Shown here: positions 43,400-53,542 of the stretch, piece by piece
How positions within the stretch are numbered: position 1 is the first letter of the stretch
Layout: every line of letters begins with the position of its first letter
The notes under the pieces: generated by a model
What the model was told of the DNA's origin: nothing
Database searches by the model: none
The model's input: the letters and a program-made list of their open reading frames with translations, nothing else
From: Nitrososphaeraceae archaeon
GTDB taxonomy: Archaea; Thermoproteota; Nitrososphaeria; Nitrososphaerales; Nitrososphaeraceae
Reading direction: 5' to 3'
Length of the DNA: 64,000 bases
Assembly: GCA_035297365.1 (NCBI GenBank)
Contig: DATGZA010000011.1
Location: 32,001-96,000, forward strand
Program-made: the position numbers and the translations under genes

Positions 43400-43654
43400 A
43401 TTCTTTTCATTTTTAATTTCTTCTGTTGTATCTATAATATAGATTGGTATATTTTACTAATATTTAGGTCGGAATAAGATTTTAATTTTTAATACCAAAT
43501 TGGAAATTTCGTAATTTTTATCTAAAATATTTTTTGTTCTATGTATATAAAAATAGAAATAAAGATTGTTTTTTTATTATCTAAGTTGCACATCGATTCA
43601 TTATTCTTTACGATTTTATAAAGAATAACTAATTAGTATGCCATTGCTTGATTT

Positions 43655-44611
43655 TTGTTAGGAATGTCTGTTTTCAATAGATACTATTATAGAATGTTTA
43701 AACCAAAACATTTGACATTAGGGGTAATATTTGCAATTGAAGCTTATGAAGGAGCAATTCCTAAAATGGAAAGACAGGTAGAGTTGGCTCAACGTGTAGA
43801 AGAGCTAGAATTTTCAGCATTATGGTTTCGCGATGTTCCATTATATGATCCTGGATTTGGAGATGTAGGACAAATTTATGATCCATGGGTTTATCTTGGA
43901 TATATTGCTGCACAAACAAAGACTATAGCTTTAGGAACTGCATCTATCATCTTTCCTTTAAGGCATCCAATTGACTTGGCAAAAGCAGCTTTTTCTGTTG
44001 ACCAATTAAGTAATGGACGATTGATACTCGGGATAGCATGTGGAGATAGACCTATTGAGTATCCAGCCTATGGAGTAGACTTTGAGATTAGAGATGTACT
44101 TTTTAGAGAAGGCGTTAATGATTTTCGCCGATTATCTGAAAGTTTTCCAAAATATCATTCGAAATTTGGATTATTAAATGGAGAAGTTGATCTTTTACCA
44201 AAACCTACATCTAGAAAACTACCATTATTTGTTACCGGAAATAGTAGGCAAACTATTGATTGGATTGCTGAAAATTCAGATGGATGGTTAATGTATCCTA
44301 GAGAAGTTCTTTTGCAACAACGTGTTATAACTAATTGGAATAATGCAGTCAAAAAAACTGGAAGTAGTTTTAAACCTTTTACTGAGTCATTATACATAGA
44401 CTTGACTAAAGACCCTGATGCCAATTTCGAGCGAATTCATCTTGGATACAGATTAGGAAGAAACAAATTATTTAAACATCTGATGAATCTAAAGGAAATT
44501 GGTGTAAATCATGTCCTTTTTAATCTTAAATATAGTAAGCGTCCTGCAGATGAAGTGTTAGAAGAACTCGGAAAATTCATAATACCATATTTTCCTCCTT
44601 TGAATGGATAA
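43655..44611 (+). CDS. Luciferase-like (LLM-class) flavin-dependent oxidoreductase
   Basis: ALWFRDVPL.DP.FGDVGQIYDPW, LRHP, SVDQLSNGRLILG, GDRPIEYPAYG. Confidence 0.92.
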   Translation: MLGMSVFNRYYYRMFKPKHLTLGVIFAIEAYEGAIPKMERQVELAQRVEELEFSALWFRDVPLYDPGFGDVGQIYDPWVYLGYIAAQTKTIALGTASIIFPLRHPIDLAKAAFSVDQLSNGRLILGIACGDRPIEYPAYGVDFEIRDVLFREGVNDFRRLSESFPKYHSKFGLLNGEVDLLPKPTSRKLPLFVTGNSRQTIDWIAENSDGWLMYPREVLLQQRVITNWNNAVKKTGSSFKPFTESLYIDLTKDPDANFERIHLGYRLGRNKLFKHLMNLKEIGVNHVLFNLKYSKRPADEVLEELGKFIIPYFPPLNG

Positions 44612-45028
44612 ATTTTCAGGTAATAGAAAATATGTGACAAGCCAAAATTCATCATGTAAGTTGTTATACTATTTCTTCCTAATCTCTCGTATAAATATTC
44701 AGATACTGCATCTTTTTGTTTTTCTATATTGGTATAGAATCTATTTACATATATATTCAATTTTATATTATGATTTGCTTTCATTTCATTTGGATTTATG
44801 GAGTCATCTTTGGAAGATGTATTACAAGTAAAGGCAGAATATTTACAATATATACAATGAAACGACTTTTTTATATATATATCCATTTTATAAAATTCCA
44901 AAATATTTTTATAAAATTTTAAAAGTGTTCTAAATAGAAGAATAAACTAATTATAAAATAAAAATTTTATTGTAATAGTTTTTCTATTTCATTTTAGGAC
45001 TGACAACTGACTCCCGGCAGGCATATTT

Positions 45029-45211
45029 TCAAGATTTTTTAATTTTAGCTTTTATCTTTTCCTGCATTTCAGGCTTCATCACATATTCACGAGTGTAGCC
45101 GTGGTCCTTAATTGCATGATCAACCAAATTATTCATTAATTCTTCTTCTGTTTCGCCAGTTCCTCTGAAATCACAGTCTACTCCAACATCTCTACATGAC
45201 ACAGATAACAT
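45029..45211 (-). CDS. DUF1059-type small metal-binding protein
   Basis: CRDVGVDCDF...EEELM...HAIKDHG. Confidence 0.85.
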   Translation of the reverse strand: MLSVSCRDVGVDCDFRGTGETEEELMNNLVDHAIKDHGYTREYVMKPEMQEKIKAKIKKS

Positions 45212-45541
45212 TGCAAAGATTATGATTGCATTCTATTTAAGTTTATGTCCTCGAGGACAATAAAAAGAAGGACAAGGATGATGATTAAGACTACTTCTGA
45301 TAAATCTATAATCTTCTATAACAATCGCAATCGCAATATTAACTTGCTAAAATAAAGTAAATTAGTTTAGATGTTAATCATACATCTTTAGATTTTTGTC
45401 GTGTGTAAAAATAAATATAAGTATATAGCATACAATGTTCACAGAATGGTCAAGTTGGTTTTTATGACGATAGTTTCTACAAAGCCAAAGATGTTTGTAA
45501 TCTATTAATATTCAATTGTTATTTAAAAAAATCGATCGAGT

Positions 45542-45790
45542 CTACGCTGTCACAAGTTCATTACTTTTTATTTTTTCATAAAATTCCTTACTATCTATAT
45601 CCTGAGTAATCCATAAGTAGTTTGAATCTTGTCTTGAATTACTATCATCAATTTGTACAGCTTCTTCGTGTTTTACATCGTGATCCAGGATTTTTTTGTA
45701 TGAATTGATTCTATTTATTATTACGGATAGAATAGAAGGCCTTAATACTTGTGGATGAAAAAATTTTTTTTTATTCAACGACATATTCAT
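45542..45790 (-). CDS. Hypothetical protein
   Basis: 82-aa ORF. Confidence 0.45.
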   Translation of the reverse strand: MNMSLNKKKFFHPQVLRPSILSVIINRINSYKKILDHDVKHEEAVQIDDSNSRQDSNYLWITQDIDSKEFYEKIKSNELVTA

Positions 45791-46657
45791 TTACATATGT
45801 TAATTCCTTAAAGTGACTTATAAATATGATTATACTAGGTTCCTAGATATAAAAAAAAAGTTCCTCTGTAATAGTATTTTATCGTAATTAATCAAACTAC
45901 GGTTTGATCCTTTAATCTAATCGTAATTCAAAACCATTTAGAAATAAGATATTATTTTTGGTTATCATGTTGTATGGATTGAAGAATAATAGTTGCGATT
46001 GTAGACATATTATATATTAAAAGTTCTTGCTTATAGCGGACCTATTAATTTAGAGAATAAATGTATTAGTAATGTCGCTATAGTAATAGATTAATTTAAT
46101 TCAGCAAATATCATATGATAAACGAAAACCAATCTTAATTCATTAGCAAGAGTTTCGAAATTGATATTCAATTACAGATCTCATATAATATTTTACTGTT
46201 GGTACATGTATGTTATAAAAATAAATATTTTTGTGCCATGATCTAGATTGCATTTCTGTTTGTGTATATTTTTACTATATCTTTATGATTACAATTATCC
46301 ATTACAATTATCCTTATTCATAACAATTGCAAAAATGGATGTGATAGATATCATCAATACTATTACTACTATTATTATAATTACTTCTACTCTTGACTCC
46401 TACTTGCTCTTGTTCTAACTTCATACCACTATGCGAAGAGTCTAATCCAGTTATTTTTTCTGTATAATCGCCTTCAACTGCTACAACATACCATCCCTGT
46501 TTTTTCTAATATTATGTCTATTATTTTTTCCTCATCAAAACCAGATTTAGTAAATACTTATACCATGATTTTTTTGAAGTCGATTCAGGATATCTAGTAT
46601 CAGGATAGGATCTACTTTTTCAAAAAAAAGTTTTTTTAGGTCATTATTATTTTCTCT

Positions 46658-47266
46658 TTAGTAATCTAAACTCTGATTATAACTTCCAATATGAGTCTCA
46701 GGAGTTGATGATTTATTGACCATATCAGGATGTTGCACTATTGGAACTTGTGGCGGGAAAGCGGGAAGTTTATCATTTGGATCCCAGGTTAAAATTACTT
46801 TACCATAGGAATCTTCAATCATTTTCAATACTTTTTTCTCATCTTCTGCAGATAACATAGGGAAGTGAGGGTCTGCTCTATTTGGAGCAAATTCTGTTAC
46901 ATGATAATGCCAGTATGGTTTTTCTCTTTCTGGAAGTTTTTTATAATCTTCTGGTGTTATCATGTATTCTATTCCTATTAAAGTAGCATTCTTTTGATTA
47001 GCATCAAATAGAGTACATACTGCCATTATGATATGATGAGGAGTACAATAATGCCATACTCTTAAAGTAGGATCATCAAATACATGTCTTACAGCAGTCA
47101 ATGGGCCGGCTTTAAGTACTAAATTTGTATCATTAGATGTTTGTTGTTGTTGTGCAAATACTTTGCTGTTATTGTTGTCATCTGTATTTATTAATCCAAT
47201 TCCAATAGTTAATGTTATTCCTAAAATGCTCAAAAAGAGTAATAGATGTGTAGATTTTTCTAGCAT
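46658..47266 (-). CDS. DUF1264 (OBAP-like) secreted protein
   Basis: HYC...C.LFD...LIGIEYMI...LPEREKPYWHYH...YGK. Confidence 0.8.
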   Translation of the reverse strand: MLEKSTHLLLFLSILGITLTIGIGLINTDDNNNSKVFAQQQQTSNDTNLVLKAGPLTAVRHVFDDPTLRVWHYCTPHHIIMAVCTLFDANQKNATLIGIEYMITPEDYKKLPEREKPYWHYHVTEFAPNRADPHFPMLSAEDEKKVLKMIEDSYGKVILTWDPNDKLPAFPPQVPIVQHPDMVNKSSTPETHIGSYNQSLDY

Positions 47267-47730
47267 CCAGATTTATTGTATAACGTATTATTTATCAAAT
47301 ATGTTTAGAGTGCATTGATCTGTACACCTATTTTATTAAAAGCATATAGTTTACTTGTCAAGTAATTATGATAGTTAATAGATTTATCATAAACCCCTAA
47401 AACTACTACACAGTTATATTTAGAATAAGTAAAAAAATACGACGAGTACCTTCGTAAGAAATCTCAACAGGAAAGAGTTAGTGTTATTACCATAGCAAAT
47501 AAAATTTTTGAAGAATATATTGACTGGCAACAATTTATAGAAAAATTTGGAACTATAGTTTTGAGAACCATTTTTCATGTTAATTGAAATAATACGTGAC
47601 AATATAATGTTTGTAAAAATAAAACTCAAATGTTCAACATAATAGAAATTGATCGGTTAAATACATTGGCAATGAAAAGTGAAAAGAATAATAAACTGAA
47701 AAAATAGTGCAAATTTTAAACAGTATATAA

Positions 47731-49029
47731 TTAATGTCCAAGATGTTCAGCACCTTGAAATGTTATGAATTGATGAATTGCATTAAGTAATTCTTTGTCT
47801 TTAGTTTCCAGTATTAATGTTGCACCATTATTTATTTCATTTATACTATATTTTATAAAATCCTTCTTTTCACTCATTATTTTAGTACCTGGAACGTCTT
47901 GCGCATGTATATAAAAAGGCTTGGTAAAGTTTCCTGATGAGAATTGCTTTTGAATATCAGAAATATGATCTTTGATTTGCTTTATGGTCTCCACATCACT
48001 ATTATTTAATGCAGTTATCACTATTTCGCCTCCTGTAGTAGTTGACTTAAACTCATGTAATATTTTGCTTTGATTAAAGCCCATAACCATAGTCCCTCTT
48101 TCTAGCATTGATATTGATGTTGACTGGTTATTGGTATCGTGTGCAGTAACGGTTGTTGAGTTTGTTAGTACGATCGCTTGACCTATCATCCAGGGATGAA
48201 TAGTACAATAATAATTGTAAGTTCCCTCTTTACCAAATATGTACGAAAAAGATTGACCTCTTGAAAGCATACCGGAATCAAATCTTAAAGCAGTATCTAT
48301 ACCTTCAGATAAAGGTCTTTGTGTTACGGTATGTAGATTACGATCATTGTTGGTCCATACTACCATCTGATCTTCTTTAAGATATATAGGATTTGGTTGA
48401 AAAGCATCAGTTGTATGTGAGGCTGCTCCTAACACTATTGATGTATATATTGTGTTATCACCATCAGCAGTTATTTGATTATTTCTCGGCATAGAAAAAT
48501 TACTTTTCGAACTTTCTTGCTGTTGTCCACCCTCCACCATCATATGATGATGTTTGCGATCCATAATAGATGGTTGTTGTCCACCCATCATCATCGGAGC
48601 CATCATCATACAGGGGATCATACTCATCATAGTCTGATTTCCCATCATCATCGGCGCCATCATCATACAGGGCATTGTCATACCTTGTCCCATTCCCATC
48701 ATCATCGATCCCATCATAGGCCATTGTTGTCCACCCATCATCATACCAGTATTATTCATCTGTTTCATCATTATATTTATCTTGCTGGGGTCAGTCATCA
48801 TATTCTGGTTCTGTGTTCCCATCATGTTATTCATCTGGTCTTTCGTAATTGGAGGATTTGCAAATACTGATTCTGTGTCTTTATAACTAGCAAGAAAAAC
48901 TATTACACTAAATACACATACCATAAAAAAGAGAATCAAGTATCTGCTATTCATATTATTAAAATTGATATTCATTAGATTGACAAAATCAACATTATAT
49001 AAAAAGATGTAGCTTATATTGTATAACAT
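47731..49029 (-). CDS. Cupredoxin (plastocyanin-like) protein with Met-rich N-terminal tract and extra C-terminal domain
   Basis: WTNND..LHTV...FDSG...YYCTIHPWMIG type-1 Cu site; poly-Met tract; start probably internal. Confidence 0.88.
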   Translation of the reverse strand: MLYNISYIFLYNVDFVNLMNINFNNMNSRYLILFFMVCVFSVIVFLASYKDTESVFANPPITKDQMNNMMGTQNQNMMTDPSKINIMMKQMNNTGMMMGGQQWPMMGSMMMGMGQGMTMPCMMMAPMMMGNQTMMSMIPCMMMAPMMMGGQQPSIMDRKHHHMMVEGGQQQESSKSNFSMPRNNQITADGDNTIYTSIVLGAASHTTDAFQPNPIYLKEDQMVVWTNNDRNLHTVTQRPLSEGIDTALRFDSGMLSRGQSFSYIFGKEGTYNYYCTIHPWMIGQAIVLTNSTTVTAHDTNNQSTSISMLERGTMVMGFNQSKILHEFKSTTTGGEIVITALNNSDVETIKQIKDHISDIQKQFSSGNFTKPFYIHAQDVPGTKIMSEKKDFIKYSINEINNGATLILETKDKELLNAIHQFITFQGAEHLGH

Positions 49030-49373
49030 TATAATTTAATATTTTTAGAAGGTTGTCATACTGTACCATCCAAATCCAAAACCTAACACCAACAATAACA
49101 ACGATAAAATTTTCTTTAGAGTGCAAGCAATATATCAAATTAAGGGAACCGAAATTTGTTATATAATAATTGTACGTTGAAAAGGAATAAGTGGTTTATG
49201 ATGAAACATCTTAGTGAGCAACACAAAGAAAAAACTGTAAATTGACCAAAGACAAATATAATACGAACAAGAAAAGGAAAATATCAAATGAACCTTTTTT
49301 TCTAATAATGGTACCTCCCTATCAATATACAAAACGAGTAAAACCCATATAGTCTTTTAGGATAAGTTAAATA

Positions 49374-50735
49374 TTGAGTTGGTCAGCATTTGCTAAATTA
49401 AGTAATATTGTTAATTTACTTTCTCAAAAATATATTTTTATTTTTATTGCGTTAGCATTGCTTATATATTTTGATTCTTCCTTTGTGAATCTTAGTGAAG
49501 CAATGCACCTACCTACAAATAAAATCTATCTTATAGACGTTTTCCTAATTTTTGTAACTATTTTTATTGTGATTAACGTTTTGTTAATATTTACAATAAA
49601 AAATATATTTTCAAAGAATTATCGTATTTTAGGAACTAGAATAAAAGTTTTGCAAAGTTTCATCGTTTTGTATCTAATAACAGTAAGTATATTGATTATG
49701 ATTCTCATATTTGAAATATTATTATTAGAAAGGTATAACATATATTTGATTTATTCGCTTCTGATTATCACACATTTTACTGCTATTTATTTTAGTGTCT
49801 GGGGCACAGAAAAATTCTTAAAATGGTTCAAGTCTACTAAAGATAAATTATTATTAGTCTATGTTATATCATTTATAACTTTTTCCGTCTTAATTACACT
49901 ATCGTTCTTGTATACTATTACCGAACTCCAGCACTTCCCTGAAACAATAATACCTGGAGACTTAAAAAGAATGATCCATGCAGTATCAATCAATCTATCT
50001 GAAATATACCCCTTTTATAGAATATCCTTTTTAGTAACTTTTTGTATTATATGGGTTTTAACTGCTTTTCTATTATATGACTATTATGGGAGAAACAATC
50101 CCTTAAAATTTTGGGCTATTTTATCTATTCCTATCATATTTTTCTTAATAGATTTTTTTCCGGTTACATTAAAACTTTTGACAAGTTTATATCTATTAAA
50201 TCCATCTCTCTTTTTACCTCTTTATATAATACCTTCTACCATTGCTACCTTTATTGGTGCAGCTATGGTTAGTATAACGTCATGGTTAGTAATAAGAAAA
50301 ATAGAAAATAAAGTATTTAAAAATTATTTGATATTAGTCACACTTGGACTATTACTTATTCTTACATCTACTCAAGAAACTCTATTTCCTCGTTTTCTCT
50401 TTCCTCCATTTGGACTTATTACAATTCTCTTTGTAGGTTTAGCAATTTATTTACTGTTTATAGGATTCTATTCTGCATCACTTCATATTAGTAGAGATAC
50501 GGCTTTAGTCAGAAATTTTGCTAATAGAATTTACCAATATGAATTTTTTAGAAGTATTGCAAAATCACAATTAGAACAAGATATCAAAAATATAATACCT
50601 ATCGTCTTACAAAGTAAAGAATTTAATCTACAGAAACCCGAAAGCCTAGGACGGGATCTAAGAAAAGAAGAAATAGAAAAACTCTTTCAAATTGTTAGAA
50701 GACAGTTAGAAGATAAATTATCAGATAATAAATAA
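49374..50735 (+). CDS. Polytopic membrane protein, paralog 2
   Basis: Many TM helices; FPPFGL...FYSASLHISRD...SIAKSQLEQDI tail. Confidence 0.85.
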   Translation: MSWSAFAKLSNIVNLLSQKYIFIFIALALLIYFDSSFVNLSEAMHLPTNKIYLIDVFLIFVTIFIVINVLLIFTIKNIFSKNYRILGTRIKVLQSFIVLYLITVSILIMILIFEILLLERYNIYLIYSLLIITHFTAIYFSVWGTEKFLKWFKSTKDKLLLVYVISFITFSVLITLSFLYTITELQHFPETIIPGDLKRMIHAVSINLSEIYPFYRISFLVTFCIIWVLTAFLLYDYYGRNNPLKFWAILSIPIIFFLIDFFPVTLKLLTSLYLLNPSLFLPLYIIPSTIATFIGAAMVSITSWLVIRKIENKVFKNYLILVTLGLLLILTSTQETLFPRFLFPPFGLITILFVGLAIYLLFIGFYSASLHISRDTALVRNFANRIYQYEFFRSIAKSQLEQDIKNIIPIVLQSKEFNLQKPESLGRDLRKEEIEKLFQIVRRQLEDKLSDNK

Positions 50736-50821
50736 CGATAATGAATGGAGTATTAACAGAAACTTTTATCTAATCCTAAAAAGAGAAAAACTTAATATCA
50801 AAAATAAAATATAGATGATAC

Positions 50822-51547
50822 ATGAAAATATTTAACAAAATAATATTCATATCATTACTTTTGATTAATATCCCTGGCTCGTTTTTTTCATTTACAATTG
50901 TCTCAGCATTAGAATCGACAAGTGATTACGTCTTTGAACCGGACTCTAAACCTTATGGTCACACATATGGCGAATGGGAAGCAAAATTTTGGGGGTTGCA
51001 TGTTAATCTTCAACCAGACAAATCCCCTGCTTCGCCTTATTACAAACCTACTGAATGTCTAATATTGCAAGATGGGAATATGACTTTTCTTTCTGATTTT
51101 TACAGTGAAATTGAATACCGTAATTACGAATGTAAAATTTCTCAAACTCCAATTGTAATTCCTGCATTGACTGAAGGCTGTAGTTATGGAGAATTTGAAA
51201 GCCCAACTGATAAGATCATAGAAGATTGTATTAAGTCACATAACCCATATGCAGTGGTAAAAGTAACCATAGATGGAAAAGAAATACCCGATATTGATAG
51301 ATTCAGGATTACATCAGATTGGTTTATTTTGAATGTTACACAAAAAGATAATCCCTATGATATCAAACTTGGATCTCATAAAGCAAAAATAGATGCTATA
51401 ATGCCTATAGTAAAACCATTACCGTCTGGTGAACATGAAATTAGAACCGAGGTATTCCAAGATGTGCCATCCATAATTATGAGCGATGTTCCATTACATC
51501 GCGTAATAACATATAATTTAATGGTCGAACCAAATGTGAATAAATAA
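50822..51547 (+). CDS. Secreted Cys-containing protein (PYG.TY.EW family), paralog 1
   Basis: Signal peptide; DSKPYGHTYGEWEAKFW, VTIDGK, KPLPSGEHEI. Confidence 0.85.
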   Translation: MKIFNKIIFISLLLINIPGSFFSFTIVSALESTSDYVFEPDSKPYGHTYGEWEAKFWGLHVNLQPDKSPASPYYKPTECLILQDGNMTFLSDFYSEIEYRNYECKISQTPIVIPALTEGCSYGEFESPTDKIIEDCIKSHNPYAVVKVTIDGKEIPDIDRFRITSDWFILNVTQKDNPYDIKLGSHKAKIDAIMPIVKPLPSGEHEIRTEVFQDVPSIIMSDVPLHRVITYNLMVEPNVNK

Positions 51548-51854
51548 TAACATTTTTATGAACAATCAAGAGCCTACATAGCCTAATGCTTTAAATGATA
51601 GAGTGAAAAAAGAAGAATTCAATAATCCTCTGATTCTATCAGTAAATTTGCTATATAAATTCTACAATGTTTAATATGATTTATTGAACTTTTTATAATA
51701 CATGTTCAATTTTATGCTTTAGACTTCCTTTCTCGTCAACTGATAGAGTTGGAAGCCGAGAGCGGAACTCGACACCTGAACATTGCTATAATTATTAAGT
51801 ATTTCTGAATTATTGTGTTTCTACGAAATACTTTGCAAATCATTTGATGTATCA

Positions 51855-51912
51855 GAGCCTTGATAGTCAACGGGGTCCGAGGATAGTCAACTGTTTTTGA
51901 CACAATTTAATA
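51855..51912 (+). repeat. Dispersed bipartite element, copy S8
   Basis: gagccttgatagtcaacggggtccgaggatagtcaactgtttttgacacaatttaata. Confidence 0.92.
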
Positions 51913-52349
51913 TTTCGAAAGAAATACTTTAAAGAATGACCGATTTTGATATAATTGATACCAATCTTATCTAAATAATAATACTAATGCCAGAAATGAC
52001 TAAAGCTAAAATCTGAAATTTTCTTTTAAAAGGAACTTTTAAATGAAAACTTGTAACAATCAACAAGAATGGAACCCGTAATATAGTTTCACTGTGATTT
52101 ATATTAAATAATAAGGTTAGTATTTTTTTTACTATGGTGACATATAAGATATGCAGCTAAGGAAGCCAAACCAGCTCTAACATCTTTTTACTCTGAAAGA
52201 AATGATAATTTAATTCAAAACTATAACTATAATAATAATAATAAATTGATTTATCTAATAGAATTTTTATTGAATAATAAACTTAAGTCTATTTAGTAGG
52301 AAAAACGTAATACTCTAGGATAATAAGAAAAATATACTCTTCTTTCTAT

Positions 52350-52994
52350 TTGTATTTCTATATGGTTTCTAAAAATAAATTATACTATTATTATTATCTT
52401 GTTATTGATTTAGAAGGTTCTTCTTCGCAAAATATTCCATTAGATATTCAAATTGAGAAATTAGAAAAATTGAGACTCTGTGTTAGTAGAATTTTAAACT
52501 TTAACACAAGTAGACTACACCAAAAGAAAGTAAGATATATCAACTCAACAGGGGATGGTTATTTTATTATTTTTGATAAAGGAGAAGATGCATTGAGATT
52601 TTCAATTGATCTTCAAAAATATTTAAATGACCACAATAAGAAAATAAAAAACAAAAAATTTTATTCACAACAAGAAACTGATTCAAAAACAATTATAGTT
52701 AATACTGGAATTTCTTGTGGAATCGGTAAACCTCTTAAACAAATAGATGGACAAATAGCTTATTGGGGATCGGATGTTATATTGGCTCATAGGATTGCTG
52801 ATTATGCTAAAGGAGGTTATATATTATGTAGTTCTGATGTATACAAAAATATGAAAAATATTAATTTTGGTGAATTTGTAAATCTTGAATGTTCAACAAA
52901 TTTTAAACACAATTTAAAAACAGATGTATATTTATTTTATAATAAAGAAGATAAAGAAAAATTCGAGAATGTAAATATTCATCTTTTAAGATGA
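52350..52994 (+). CDS. Class III nucleotide cyclase-like protein
   Basis: VIDLEGSS, STGDGYFIIF, GISCG, WGSDVILAHRI, FKH. Confidence 0.75.
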   Translation: MYFYMVSKNKLYYYYYLVIDLEGSSSQNIPLDIQIEKLEKLRLCVSRILNFNTSRLHQKKVRYINSTGDGYFIIFDKGEDALRFSIDLQKYLNDHNKKIKNKKFYSQQETDSKTIIVNTGISCGIGKPLKQIDGQIAYWGSDVILAHRIADYAKGGYILCSSDVYKNMKNINFGEFVNLECSTNFKHNLKTDVYLFYNKEDKEKFENVNIHLLR

Positions 52995-53314
52995 ATCAGT
53001 ATTTTTTTCGAATAACTTTAACAAAAAAGTACGGTTTAAATTCAAGAATTAAAGTAAAATTCTAAATTTTATTAATATAATATGTTTCATAATTTTGATC
53101 TACATTACTTTTCTTTAGTTTTAGGGTGTTAGATCCATTAATTATACTTGCAATATCTAGCAATGAATTTCATATTCAACTTCTTTATTTTTCATTTCGT
53201 TCTTTACAATGAAAGATTCTGCAAACGCTCAGTTTCCACCTTGCTAATTCTTATTCCATCGAATGAATAAATAATACTATATTTTTATCATCACTATCTA
53301 GTTGATAAGATAAT

Positions 53315-53512
53315 GCAGTATTTCAAGGATAGAAGTGAATCTTTTGATGAATACTATCCCTGTAATAATAATTAAAATTGTGATCTAGAACATGTATATA
53401 ATTGGATAAAGATATTCGTATATGCATATAATACAACCAATACAACAACAACAACAAATAAGATTCCATTTTTTTGTGGAAGGAAATCGATTATCCTTAA
53501 ATTAACGGGACG
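53315..53512 (+). mobile_element. IS6-family 3' remnant
   Basis: QYFKDRSESFDEYYPC homologous to the end of the 17220-17534 transposase; IR-like cttaaattaacgggac at the end. Confidence 0.65.
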
Positions 53513-53542
53513 TGCATCTCAATAGAAATCCTTATATAGTTA

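Noticed and set aside
48475-48870. His-rich + strand ORF and Asp/Gly-rich alternative frame
   Set aside because: Antisense and frameshifted shadows of the poly-ATG tract
51749-51782. tRNA-like fragment tggaagccgagagcggaactcgacacc upstream of S8 (also gtgggatttgaacg at ~37807)
   Set aside because: Only a vague resemblance to a reverse-complemented tRNA 3' end; no cloverleaf could be built; tRNAscan or BLAST against host tRNAs needed
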